This document shows positions 12,579 through 25,830 of a stretch of DNA of 64,000 bases, piece by piece; position 1 is the first letter of the stretch, and each line of letters begins with the position of its first letter. The DNA is taken from positions 47,492,001-47,556,000 of the forward strand of contig NC_134470.1 of assembly GCF_964194025.1 (NCBI RefSeq). Direction: 5' to 3'. Below the pieces are notes generated by a model. The model ran no database searches. It was not told the origin of the DNA and was given only the letters and a program-made list of their open reading frames with translations. This stretch comes from Convolutriloba macropyga (taxonomy: Eukaryota). The translations under genes and the position numbers were made by a program.

Positions 12579-13629
12579 CTTTGAAGAAGTAAAAGAAAAA
12601 GCTCGTACAAATTGGGTAGTTGAACGGGCTCCTGCGCTTATTGTCTCCTTGTCTAATTTGATCACTATTTTGTATTTATTCCGCCATGACTTAGCCTTTT
12701 ATTTTCTCATTTCTTCCTCTACCTCTCCGATATAATTAGTACCTAACTTCTGCTAGGGTGATACACTTTACCCTTTCCATCCGCAAACTTTGGTTGTTTC
12801 ATCCCATTTATCAACATTTCCGCCTACGTTTTGCAGGATTTCCGAAAACTTGCAGCTCTTACAGGGAATCATTTTGTTTCCTGTATCGATTGTGATTGAT
12901 CAGCCGTTGGAGTCCCACCTTTAACTGCCGAATTTCCTACTCAAACCGAGCCCAGCATTTCGCTGTTCTCATTTTGTCTACATTTATCCTATAGGATTTA
13001 GTAGTCACTCATTTCTATCAAGTCTAGAGGCCTTGGCAAGAGCGTTTTGGATCTGTTGTTGCACCTAATCAATTGCACAGGTATTCACATCTATTTAACG
13101 TGTTCTATGTAAACTGCACGTATCATGTTTTACAGTTGCAGGTAGATTTACCTAGACATTTTTTAGAGTGGAGTTAGTAGGAATTGACTCCAACATTCCG
13201 ATATATTTGATGACAGACCACTAACCTGACCTCATAAAATTATCGCATATGGTGACAGCAAAAACCGTTTTCGGGTTCACATATCTATGTAGACCAGAAA
13301 TGAAGGATTGGTCCGACGACGTAATCAACATCTGTTATACGAAATGGAGATTTATCTGTTGTTGCCTTTTGCAACATTAGTCGTTTTTTCCTCGAAGTGC
13401 GTTCTATGGAGCGTTGCTTTAGATAATGAAAACAACTGAACTCCCTCATAAGGTTAATGTTTTGCAGTTCAACTACAGGATTTCTACAAATGAGTAGAAA
13501 AACGATTGAAGGAATAATTCAAACAATACCGAAGACGATTTTTGATCCACAGAATAACATTCAAATTTATGATTAATTGTGAGGACTCAAGTTAGTGGCT
13601 TTTACTCGACTCTCTGTGTGTGTTCATGA

Positions 13630-16600
13630 AATCCGATTTTGTGTCATTTGTGATTGTATGATTAGTCAATTTTGAAACACTGTTATGTTTAATTCTCATA
13701 AAAAATTTCCAATTCCGAGAAGACATCTCTATCTGTTCGTTTTTTGTACGTCCTAAGTTTTGGGCAGCCTTGCTTTGTTAAAGGTCATCAGTGTTATTCA
13801 GTCCTCAACTGTCTCAGAGGTGGAATTAAAAACCGTCGTCGGTTCTTTGATCAGGAAAAACTATAGGCTTATCAATGACCTCAAATCTTTATACATATGT
13901 GAACCATGACTCAATTTGCAACTCAATTTGGTTTGTATTCGTGAAATTGAAAATCGTTAGTGCAAATTTGTTCGAGAATCCTGTTGAGTTTCTGGCGTCC
14001 AAGTGTCTTATCCCAACTGAGCTATTGTCAGAAAATACACGAAATGGCACCCACTTGGAACTAAATGAGTTTTCTACGAGACACACGAAAACCTGCGCAA
14101 CCTTTAGTAAAAAAAACACATCCTGCTCTCATTGCATGTGTTCCCCGAGCGCTCCGCTGATTCAATGAAATTTAGTGCTAATGACTCTTTTTTTCAGTTA
14201 TGTTCATTGCTCTTTACAATTTTTCTAAATTGAACTGCAAAAAATCGCTTTACTGTTAACTTTTGAACATCCCATAGAAAATCCTCACAAAAAGGGGATC
14301 TAAACCAGTGTTCTTGCATACAGGCTCAAATTTCTCGGTTCATGAGAACTTTTGGTCTGTTCTGCTATTTGTTTCCCGCGTAAACTTTTGGATATTTTCT
14401 AAAATTTGGACATTATCTGATTATGTTTTGTTTCAATCGATTAACCAAACTTCTTTTCTTCTAATTTTTCCAGCATCAATCACTTTTGTGGGTCTAACAA
14501 AAAACCCAGCTATCCTACATATAATTACCTTCTCTTCTGGATCAATTAAATAGTGCACTGAACCTTATCTGATAAAATTCCCTTGATACAATACTCTAAG
14601 CTCTTAGTCCAAAAGATTATTAGATGTTAACTGTTTTCTCTCGGTAGTTTTTCTCTTTTTGAGAACAAAAAACGTCAGAAAAATGTACCATTCTTTATGA
14701 TGCTGCCCTTTTGTAGTTCACCATTTAGATATATTTATTCCTTTGTGTCATTTTTCGGCTTCCTTTAAATTATGACTTTTAAACTGCTTTGCATCCATCT
14801 AATAGACAAGTCCCTTAGGTGTTCTAAATGAAAAATTACTCTCCCGTCAACTGGGTGTCTATAAACTTGGGGACTTGATTCCCTGCCACATCTTTGCCAG
14901 CCTGATTCCCTCTTAGGATAGAAACTAGGAATCATTTGACATTCATCATTGAATTTGGTCCATTGTGTCACGTCAACCTTCAGTCCGTTGTGTCAATTAA
15001 GTCTATGTGATAGTGAAATAATTTATAAATCATAACCCTACATCTAACCCGATTGTGAAAAACTTGATTTTTAATTAAGAGCAATAGTCTTCAGCCAAGT
15101 TTAGCATTTTCTTTCTGCATTTTGTCGAATGGCCATTAAAAGAAACACAATAACATCAGATTTTTTATGGGTTGCTTTCTTGTACCAGAAAATAATTTTC
15201 AGTTAAGACGCACTTATTGTTAAGTATGTTTCTTCTTTGATGTTCTGCTAAGAATAAGTTTCGCTACAAATACTAGTCTTCTTCACTATTTTCGACATTA
15301 TCTCACCTCGCAGTGTTTCAAATTATTCTGCTTCTCACTTATGTTTCCTTTTTCTTTCGCATTTTCATCACTTCTAGTAATATTCTGGCTTGTATCTTCT
15401 TTTTTAGCATCCACCGAATAACAATAAAAGTTATTGCTTCTTCCGAAGAGTTTGGTTTTTAATTGACTCTCTGCGTATTTCCATAAAATCCAATTTCGTG
15501 TCAATTTTGATTGTATATCTAGTCAAAGTTGAAATATTGCAATATTTTATTCTCACAAGAAATATTTTCTGGTAAGAAAATACCCGGAAGACATCTCTAT
15601 CCGTTCATATTTTTTGAATATACTAAGTTTTGGGCAGCCTTGCTTTGTTAAAGGCCATCAGTGATATTCAGTACCTCAACTGTCTCAGAGGTTGAAAAAC
15701 TGTCGTCAGTTCTTTGACTAGGAAAACTATAGGCTTATGAAAGACCTCAAAAATTCAAGGATATGTGAACCATTGACCATTTTGCAACTCAATTGCGTTT
15801 GTATTCATAAAATTGAAAATCATTAATGCAAAAATGTTCCAGAATCGTAGATGTTCAAAAAGCAGATCTAAACCTGTGTCCCTGAAACTAAGCTAAAAAA
15901 ATTCTTGGTTCATTAGCACTTTTGGTCTGTTCAGTTAGTTTGGTCTCTTCTGCGCAAAATTTAAATTTCCTTTTGGATTTTTCCTAAGTTTAGACATTAT
16001 GTGATTCTATTTTGCTTCAACCGAAAAACCAAACTTCTTTTCTCACTCAGTTTGCTCATCTGGCATCTATTTTTTCCAGCATCAATATTTTTTGGGGGTT
16101 TAACAAGAAAAAAATCAGCTATCGTAAATATATTTGCATTTTTCACTTATCTGATAAAAATTCCTTCATAAAAATCCCTTAGTCCAAAGTACCATTAAAA
16201 GTTAAACATTTTCTCTTGCTAACTTTTCTCTTTTAGAGAAGGAAAAACGTCAGAAAATTTATCATTATTCATCATATTGCCCTGTTGTAGCTCACCATAT
16301 CGATCTATCTAGTACCTTATGTCATTTTTTGGATTCCTTTAAATTATGACTTTTATACTGTTCCGCATTGATGCAGCCTGCATCCATCTAATGGACAAGT
16401 TCTTTCGGTGTTTTAAACGAAAAATTACCCACTCCAAGCAACTGCGGGTCTAACAACTTTGGGACTTGTTTCCCTGCCACATCTAAGCCAGCCTGATTCC
16501 CTCTTAGGACAAAAACTAGGAACCATTTGACATTCACCATTGAATTTTGTCCATTGTGTCACGTCTACCTTCAGTCCGTTGTGTAAAGTGAGTCCATGTA

Positions 16601-16873
16601 AGTGTACAATATTTTAAAAGTCACAACCAAAAATCTATCTCACGTGAAAAACATGATTTTTGATTAAGAGCAATCGCCTTCAGCTCACCTGGATCTTCAG
16701 TTTACCTGGATTTATTAATTCTGACGCACGTGTAAAGAACACGTTCTGCTGAGAGTACTAGTCGCTTTTGCTCATTTTTTCATTATCTCACCTCGCGGTG
16801 TTTCAAACTAATCTCCTTCTCACTTCTATTTCTTATTTTTTTCGCTTTTCGTCTCTTCATGGACTATTCAGGC
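13630..16873. repeat. Diverged tandem segmental duplication (copy 1 ~13630-15390, copy 2 ~15487-16873; copy 2 lacks ~290 bp)
   Basis: Collinear blocks occur in both copies: CTAAGTTTTGGGCAGCCTTGCTTTGTTAAAGG, GCCAGCCTGATTCCCTCTTAGGA, GTCCATTGTGTCACGTC and CATTATCTCACCTCGC. Confidence 0.9.
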
Positions 16874-19800
16874 GAAACGAGAATTTGTAACAAACAAAAC
16901 GATCAAGAAGTCTTGATTGATGCTAATAGCTGGCTATGGAAAAAATGGAAGTTACGCTGGGCCATAAATTCAAAAAAATTGGTGAAAATTGTCAACAACT
17001 TTTAGAAATATCTAACGACTTGATTGGAAATTTTTTGAGGCTTTTCAGCCTCATAAAAAACAAAAACCTTTAAATAATTAGCAAGATCGAGGTTGAAGTT
17101 TTGAGAAGTAAAGTTCTCATATATTACAGGAGAATTACGAATGAAATCAATGAGGAAAAAATCTGAGCAGCAAAATATTTATGTAAAAGCCTTGAGAGTT
17201 TTTTCTGAAACCTGAGCAGCAAAATAACCTGATAAAAAAAAACTTGAGCAGCAAAATCAAATTGTAAAAGCCTTGAGAATAGTTTTGAAACCTAGATTGG
17301 TTGGTTAATTGGATGAGTTAAATTTGCTGCCTGTGCGATCCCGGATCTTGCAAACTTTTAAGTTTCAAGTCGTTGCGCAATAACAAACGAACAAGGAGAA
17401 TGGGATGCGTTGCAAATTTATGCAGTAATGTGACAAACATGAATTGTTTTCTGAGAAACGGAGGATCTTCTACAACATCAAACAAGAAAAAATACCTGTG
17501 AGGATAAAAATATACTATTTGTTACCGTTTCCTACCGGAACAAAAAAGCTGCTTCAGCGGTAGTTGGCACAATTTAACACAAAGCAGCTGGTACGGCAGA
17601 ACATTCGCTCGCTAAAGCAAAACATTGGGGGTAAAAAATCGATCTACAGCAAAGGCGAAATGAGAGCATGTAACAAACAGAACAAAGACGAAATCTTGCT
17701 AGCTGCTAATCACTGGCTATGGAAAAAATAGGAAGTTGCGCTGGGGCATAAATTCAAATAAATTGGTGAAATATGTCAACAACTTTTAGACATATCTAAC
17801 GATTTGATTGGAAAGTTTTCGCCACTTTTCAGCCCCATAGAAAACAAAAACCGTGAAATAATTAGCAATAATAAAGTTGAAGATTTGAAAAAGTAAAGTT
17901 CTCAAATACTACAGGAGAAATACGAATGAAATCAATGAGGAAAAAATCTGAGCAGCAAAAATTATTTGTGAAAGACTTGAGAATAGTTTCTGAAACCTGA
18001 GCAGCAAAATAACTTGAGCAGAAAACTCTTAGCAGCGAAATATGTTTGTAAAAGCCTTGAGAATTGTTTCCGAAACCTGGATTGGTAGTTTAATTGGATG
18101 AGTTAGATTTGGCTGCCTTTCTGATCCTGGATTTTTATAAAATTTTAGGTTGCAATTCGTTGCGCAATAACAAAAGAACAAGGAGAATGGGATGCGTTGC
18201 AAATTTACGCAGTAATGTGATAAATTTGAGTTGTTTTCTGAGAAATGGAGGATTTTCTGCAACATCAAACAATAAAAATTACGTGTGAGGATAAAAATAT
18301 ATTTTTTGTTACCATTTCTTACAGGACGAAAAAAAGGTGCTTCAGCGGTAGTTCGCACAATTTGACGCAAAGCAGCTTGTACGCAGAACATTCACTCGCT
18401 AAAGCCAAAACATTGATTTTCAAAAAAACCAACTACATTAGCAGCAAAAGTAAAATTCTCAAATATTACAAGAGAAATACGAATGAAATCAATGAGGATA
18501 AAATTAGAGCAGCAAAATAAATTTGTAAAAGCCTTGAGAATAGTTTCTTAAGCCTGAGCAGCGAAATAATCTGAGAGGATAAAAATAAACTGGGAGGATC
18601 TTACAAACTTTTAAGTTTCAGTTCGTAGCGCAATAACAAACAAACAAGGAGAATGGGATGCGTTGCAAGTTTCTGCAGTAATGCGATAAATATGAATTGT
18701 TTTCTGAGAAACGGAGGATCTTCTACAACATCAAACAACAAAATTTTCCTGTTAGGATAAAAATTTACTATTTGTTACCGTTTCCTACAGGAACAAAAAA
18801 GCTGCTTCTGCGGTAGTTGGCACAATTTAACACAAAGCAGCTAGTACGGCAGAACCATCGCTTGCTAAAGCAAAACATTGGGGGTAAAAAATCTATCTTC
18901 AGCTAAGGCGAAATGAGAGCATGTAACAAACAGAGCAAAGAAGAAATCTTGCTAGTTGCTAATCACTGGCTATGGAAAAAATAGGAAGTTGCGCTGGGCC
19001 ATAAATTCAAATAAATTGGTGAAATATTTCAACAACTTTTAGACATATCTAACGATTTGATTGGAAAATTTTCGCCACTTTTCAGCCTCATAGAAAACAA
19101 AAACCGTTAAATAATTAGCAATGTTAGAGTTGAAGTTTTGAAAAAGTAAAGTTCTCAAATACTACAGGAAAAATACGAATGAAATCAATGAGTAAAAATC
19201 TGAGCAGCAAAATATTTTTGTAAAAGCCTTGATAATAGTTTCTGAAACCTGAGCAGCAAAAAAACTTGAGCAGAAAAATCTGAGCAGCGAAGTATGTTTG
19301 TAAAAGCCTTGAGAAGTGTTTCTGAAACTTAGATTGGTTGGTTAATTGGATGAGTTAGATTTGGCTGCCTGTCTGATCCTGGATTTTACAAAATTTTAGG
19401 TTTCAATTCGTTGCGCAATAACAAACGAACAAGGAGAATGGGATGCGTTGCAAGTTTAAGCAGTAAGGTGATAAATATGAATTGTTTTCTGAGAAACAGA
19501 GGATCTTCTACAACATCAAACATCAAAGGAGCAGCGAACGTAAAGTTCTCAAATACTGCGAGAGAAATACGAATTAACTCAATGAGGAAAAAATCTGAGC
19601 AGCAAAATATTTTTGTAAAAGCCTTGAGAATTTTTTCTGAAACCTGAGCAGCAAAATAACCTGAGTAAAAAAAAACTTGAGCAGCAAAATCAAATTGTAA
19701 AAGCCTTGAGAATAGTTTTGAAACCTAGATTGGTTGGTTAATTGGATGAGTTAGATTTGGCTGCCTGTGCGATCCCGGATCTTGCAAACTTTTAAGTTTC

Positions 19801-22150
19801 AAGTCGTTGCGCAATAACAAACGAACAAGGAGAATGGGATGCGTTGCAAATTTATGCAGTAATGTGACAAACATGAATTGTTTTCTGAGAAACGGAGGAT
19901 CTTCTACAACATCAAACAAGAAAATTTTCCTGTTAGGATAAAAATTTACTATTTGTTACCGTTTCCTACAGGAACAAAAAAGCTGCTTCTGCCGTAGTTG
20001 GCACAATTTAACACAAAGCAGCTAGTACGGCAGAACATTCGCTTGCTAAAGCAAAACATTGGGGGTAAAAAATCTGTCTTCAGCAAAGGCGAAATGAGAG
20101 CATGTAACAAACAGAGCAAAGAAGAAATCTTGATAGTTGCTAATCACTGGCTATGGAAAAAATAGGAAGTTGCGCTGGGCCATAAATTCAAATAAATTGG
20201 TGAAATATGTCAACAACTTTTAGACATATCTAACGATTTGATTGGAAAGTTTTCGCCACTTTTCAGCCTCATAGAAAACAAAAACCGTTAAATAATTAGC
20301 AATATTAGAGTTGAAGTTTTGAAAAAGTAAAGTTCTCAAATACTACAGGAGAAATACGAATGAAATCAATGAGTAAAAATCTGAGCAGCAAAATATTTTT
20401 GTAAAAGCCTTGAGAATTTTTTCTGAAACCTGAGCAGCAAAATAACCTGAGTAAAAAAAACTTGAGCAGCAAAATCAAATTGTAAAAGCCTTGAGAATAG
20501 TTTTGAAACCTAGATTGGTTGGTTAATTGGATGAGTTAGATTTGGCTGCCTGTGCGATCCCGGATCTTGCAAACTCTTTGGTTTCAAGTCGTTGCGCAAT
20601 AACAAAACAACAAGTAGAATTGAATGCGTTGCAAATTTATGCAGTAATGTGACAAACATGAATTGATTTCTGAGAAACGGAGGATCTTCTACAACATCAA
20701 ACAAGAAAAAATACCTGTGAGGATAAAAATATATTTTTTGTTACCGTTTCTTACAGGACACAATAAAGCTGCTTCAGCTCTTTTTTAGACCTTTTTGGAG
20801 CAGTAGTTGGCTCAATTTAACACAAAGCAGCCATCCAAATATCTTTTAAATAGAAAATTTAATACTACATAATGACAAATAAAGAAGTAAGTAAACGATT
20901 GACCCCTTTACAACGACGTTCCGACCTATAAAATAAATGAAGAGGAAGCTACGAGAATTACTCCCAAACAAATTTTTGTAACAGCTTAGAGGGCCTTCTG
21001 ATATTAAAAGCAGCTAGTATTGGAGAACACTCGAAAATTAAAGCAAAATGTTAGTGGTGAAAAATTTTTCAACAGTGAAGGCGAAAAGAGAAGTTGGAGC
21101 AAACAGAACAAACAAGAAGTCTTTATTGATGCTAATCGCTAGCTATGGAAAAAAATGGAAGTGCCACAAATTCAATAAAATTGGTGAAATTTGACAAAAA
21201 CCTGAAAAATTATTAAAATATCTAACGAATTTTAATGAATTGATTTGAAAGTTCTTGCCTATTTTCATCCTCAAAGAAAACGAAAATCGTTAAATACTTA
21301 GCAAGATTAAAGTTTAAGTTTTGAGAAAAGTAAAGTTCTCAAATACTACAGGAAAAATACGAATGAAATCAATGAGGAAGAAATCTGGGCAGCAAAATAA
21401 ATTTTTAAAGCCTTGAGAGCAGTTTCTGAAACCTAATTTGGTTGGTTAATTGGATTAATTCGATTTGGCTGCCTGTGTGATCCCGGATGTTACAAATTTA
21501 TGCAGTAATGAGATAAATATGAGTTGTTTTCTGAGAAACGGAGGATCATCTGCAATCTCAAAAAAAATAATTTGCGAGGAGAAAACATCTTTTGTCATTT
21601 TTTCTTACAGGACCCAGAAAGCTGCGTCAGTACATTTTTGGACCATTTAAAGCGGTAGTTGGCTCAATTTAAAACAAAGCAGACACCCAACTATTTTGTA
21701 TATAGGAAGCTTAACATTGCATATTGACTAAAAACGAAGTTGACAGTAAACGGTTTACTCCCTTAATACAACGTTTTGATCTTAAAAAAAATGAAGAGGC
21801 AACATTCAGAATTACAACCAGAAAACTTCTTGTTGCGAATTCCGAGATTGGAGCAAACAAAACAAACAAGAAGTTTCGCTAGATGCTATAATCACTGGCT
21901 GTAGAAAAAAAATGTGGAAATTGCGCTGGCCATAAATTCAATACAATTGGTGAAAATTGACACCAAGTTGAGAAAAATTTATTTCGATTTGAAATTTTTT
22001 TGCCGATTTTCAGCCTCATAAAAAGTGAAAACCATTGGATAAATAGCTTTAATGTTGCAGTTTTGAATAAAGTAAACTTCTCAAATAGTACTGGATAAAT
22101 ACAAATGAAATCAATGAGAAAAATCTAAGAAGTAAAAAATGTTTGTAAAA
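16871..22150 (+). repeat. ~780-bp macrosatellite (about 8 full or truncated units), apparently derived from a LINE endonuclease region
   Basis: Unit starts GGCGAAA..AGA at 16871, 17654, 18907, 20088 and 21080, with truncated units at ~18445 and ~19540 and a diverged last unit at ~21840. The first period is 783 bp. The + frame reads NCKSLENSFET*IGWLIG*VRFGCLCDP...RTRRMGCVANL. Confidence 0.85.
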
Positions 22151-23750
22151 CTTTGTGCAGTGAAGCAAAAAGGCCAATGCTAAAGTGAAGTTGAACCACT
22201 CAAGCATTAATAACTGTAAAAAAATGTTATAGTGTGATCGACAAGTTCAATTGCTAAGTTGTTGAGATCAAAAATGGATTGTAATACAGCGGTTGTTTTC
22301 AATAAATACTTTACCACAATTGGAATACATTTTCAGAAATATTCGAAAAGTTTATTGCAATTGAACTCCATGCATTGACATCACATATGGAATGAAAAGC
22401 AGTCAGTAAAAGTTTTCAATGCTATTGGCAGCCTGAAAAAAAAGGCTGCCAAAAATTGGCAGCCTCAAAAAATTTTTGAACACAGTAACTTTAATCATCT
22501 GAGGAAACTAAATTTTGCCATTCTAGAATGAATTGCAACGCTAAAAAGTCAGATTTTTTCTGTCTGTTAAAATTCCTGAAATTCTAAAAAACAAGCAAAT
22601 AAATTCCTATGCACAAAACAAAAAAAAACACCGTTGACTTAAATACTATCGTCCAATTTCTTTGCTAACAACTGTTGGAGTGGTTTTTAAAAGTTTTGTT
22701 TTTCAAGAATCAGTGCGCAATTTCTAACTAAATACAATTTTTTAAACCCTAATCATTTTGGCTTCAAAGGCTAATGAAGTAGAATTGATATTATTTAATT
22801 AGTAACAGAGTGAAAGTGAACATTTGTATCAGAAAGAAACAGACCACAATGTACATTAATTGATCTAATCAAAGGCTTTGACGCTGTACATTGCAATATT
22901 TTGTTTGCTAAGTGTGATATTTACTGCTCGAGCATTTAGTTGGGAACTTTTTAGCTCTTTGTTGGAATCGGAAAGCAAATGGCTGTATTGAATGGTCAAA
23001 AACCTTCAATAGAATTAGAAGCACGGGGGTTTGACAGGGTAGTGTAATGGTTCTTCTCTTATTTCTCATCTGTTTTATCGACATAGGAGTAGATAAGATA
23101 GGCTCAAATTCAATTCTCGTCAATGACGATGGGAATTTAAACAAACGTAATGAAGATGGTAATCTGTAAAGTAAATGTTGGTTCAAAAATAACAAACTAA
23201 CACTAAATAGCCGTAAAACTGTTATAAATAATTTTTCAAACCATAAAATTGCAAATGACAGAAGTTCGCTGTCTGATACAATTGAGAAAAGTTGCAGACA
23301 TCTCGAAATTTGATAATGAAATGAATTTTGAAGAAGTATATGCTTGACCTTTCCATCAGCAGCCAGTTATACCTGGTTTATAAAACATACACTTAACCAT
23401 TTTATCAATATCGTGTAATAATTGGTTGCTCAGCAAACGAATCAGTTCTAATCAAAATTAAAAAGCAATAAATAAATTAATTGGGAGTTCTCTCAAGCTC
23501 AGAAAATATAAACGCCTTGCTTACATTTAGAAAAATATCAAAATATGCTATTTCAAGGAAATAGATACTTAGCAAGTGTTTGAGTCCTTGACAAAAAAAT
23601 ATGGGACTAAAATCGAAATGCCCTGATGTTAAAAACTTCATAACAGAAGAAGAAGAATGAGAATCAAAGTTGCTAGACATTACCAGTAGACTATAAATCT
23701 CTGAGAAACAGAGAAACAATAACATCAAATAATAAAAAACAAAAGCAGAA
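22150..23750 (+). mobile_element. Decayed LINE ORF2 reverse transcriptase, continuous with the last macrosatellite unit
   Basis: YRPISLL (22647-22667), NHFGFK (~22750), DLIKGFDAV (22862-22888), GV*QGSV (~23026-23046) and VNDD (~23120) occur in RT order with many stops and frameshifts. Confidence 0.8.
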
Positions 23751-24296
23751 CCGGGAACAATCCCTTTTCAAAAAAATGTCTTCAGTTGGACTTAAACATA
23801 TTGGTCATAAGCGTTCATAAAGTCCAGAAAAGAGGGGCTGGATAAATTTTTGCAATATTTTCGGGCTTTGCATATATGTGATAATGAACATCTCCTAAGT
23901 TTATTCTGGTAGCAGTTTTTTATCTTAGAAAATTCCAGGGCTTTGTTTTATGTTGATTGGGCCAAAATTAATGGGTTATAATTTTCAATTTTGCATAATT
24001 ATTAATGGAAAGAGTTTGATCAATTGTTTGCTCAGAAGACACCACTCTAAGGACTAAATGTCTCCATGGTGCACTCTCAAAAGTTTGCAAATTTTGTTGT
24101 TTTTTCAGCCATTTGAAAAATTCGTTTTTCATTTTCACTATTATTTATATAATCGGCGCTACGGAAGAAAGATTTTATGCGCCGACAGCTGAGATATTGG
24201 ATGAAAAACAGACATACAATCTATTTGTCTAAAAAGTATTATTTTAGATTTACACTGACTCGTAATACCTATTTCAAGACTGCTGATTTCAGCTGT

Positions 24297-24651
24297 TGTT
24301 TATGCTCTTCGGCCTAAGTCTTGCATACCAAGACAACTTTTCATTAAAATTTGTATTTCTGAAAGTCGCAACTATGGTATCAAATCAAGCTCTATAAATA
24401 CATCATAATTCGCGCCATTGGCACACAAGTTATGGTCAAAAACGGGAAATCCCTTACTATAAATAATATTGAAAGTGAACGTCAACCACTTCTGACTTCT
24501 TCAAATCAACATATAAAAAGCTTCAACGAAAATAGGTTGGGGGAATGAAAATCATGAAATGAAAGGGTTTTGGAGGACGAAAGTGTAGGTGGGGGGAGGA
24601 AAATGAGGGTGTGGGGGGAGATAAAATATAAAGGAACTTGGTTCCTTTACA
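24297..24651 (-). repeat. 3' LTR (355 bp)
   Basis: By eye it differs from 31606-31958 by one substitution and two G-run length differences. A short purine-rich GCCGGGAG precedes it on the minus strand. Confidence 0.97.
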
Positions 24652-24777
24652 CTCCCGGCAACAAAAGCAAGCATTTGATATGAAAATGTAAACACAATAA
24701 AGCAAAAAGTTTTCATTCCGACATTGAGTTTTGTGTGTGTGTGTGTGAGAGTGTGTGTGTGTTTCGATGAACTTGTT

Positions 24778-25830
24778 TCAGTGACCCTCCCGCGCACCTG
24801 ACGATTGTGGGAACACACGGCTTAGGGTTACTGCTGGTCTTTGTACCATTCCTGTAGCCGTCTGGATGTCGAAACTCCTGGCTATCCCGTCTGAACCTCT
24901 GTGTGCTTTCACAATCTTCCCAAGAGGCCAGATGCCTCTGGGTGTGAACTCCTTGAGCACCCACACAATGTCACCTTCATCCAGCTCATCATGTGATCTT
25001 TGCCACTTCGTTCTCTTGTTGAGCTCAGGAACATATTCCTTCAGCAACCTGCTCCAGTAGTGATCAAGTAGTGTCTGAGTCAACTTGAAGTCCTTAGTGG
25101 AGAACCGCTGGTTGCTGTTCACAAGAGGTTTCAAACACATGTGAGGTCGGCGAAGGAGGAAGTGATTCGGAGTAAGTGGTCCCTCATTTGAGATGCTGCA
25201 GCCCACATGAGTTAATGGCCTGGAGTTCAAAATTGCCTCGGCCTCTGCCACAACTGTCTGGAAAACTGAGAATGTTAGTTTCCGACTGCCCAGCACTATT
25301 AGTAGACTCCTCTTTGCGGTCTGTATCAGCCTCTCCCAGACTCCTCCGAAGTGTGGTGCCAATGGAGGGTTGAAAGTCCACTGAATGTTCTGTTGAGCCA
25401 ATTGCAGTCTGATGTACTCATTGTCTGGCTTGTAGCTTCTCTGGAACTTTAACTTAATTGCTTGGTTGGCTCCAATGAAGTTTTTGCCATTGTCACTCAC
25501 AATGAGGCCAGGGTATCCACGTCGTGAGACAAATCTGCGGATTGTCATGAGAAGACAATCAGTTGAGAGGTCATGGCATACTTCTAGGTGGACAGCTCTG
25601 GTGACCAGGCATGTGAACAAGCAGACGTAGTGCATCTGGGTGCCCTCTCTCTTGTCCTCAATGTAGAAAGGTCCAAACATGTCCATTGCTGTGTTGACGA
25701 AAGGGTACTGCTTGTTTGCATCTGGAAATCTGAATTCAGGAAGATCGGCCATCTTAGGTCTCACATTGTCTGCTCTCCATCGTCTGCAAATGAAACAGTA
25801 TTTCCCCAGACTTCGCAGCACTTTTCTCAT
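24778..25830 (-). CDS. Pao integrase (rve core plus C-terminal DUF5641-like region); frameshifted continuation of pol
   Basis: CFIC (end of the HHCC finger), DMFGP, VTRAVHLEV, VSDNGKNF, GGVWERLI, LNSRPLT, LTPNHFL and WPLGKIV. Confidence 0.93.
   Translation of the reverse strand: MRKVLRSLGKYCFICRRWRADNVRPKMADLPEFRFPDANKQYPFVNTAMDMFGPFYIEDKREGTQMHYVCLFTCLVTRAVHLEVCHDLSTDCLLMTIRRFVSRRGYPGLIVSDNGKNFIGANQAIKLKFQRSYKPDNEYIRLQLAQQNIQWTFNPPLAPHFGGVWERLIQTAKRSLLIVLGSRKLTFSVFQTVVAEAEAILNSRPLTHVGCSISNEGPLTPNHFLLRRPHMCLKPLVNSNQRFSTKDFKLTQTLLDHYWSRLLKEYVPELNKRTKWQRSHDELDEGDIVWVLKEFTPRGIWPLGKIVKAHRGSDGIARSFDIQTATGMVQRPAVTLSRVFPQSSGAREGH

Noticed and set aside
11448-12735. Overlapping ORFs with repeated MSRLSCVQ/CPDFRAFK peptides (also 55317-55616)
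   Set aside because: They are translations of 31-32-bp subterminal repeats, cycling through frames, with no transposase motifs.
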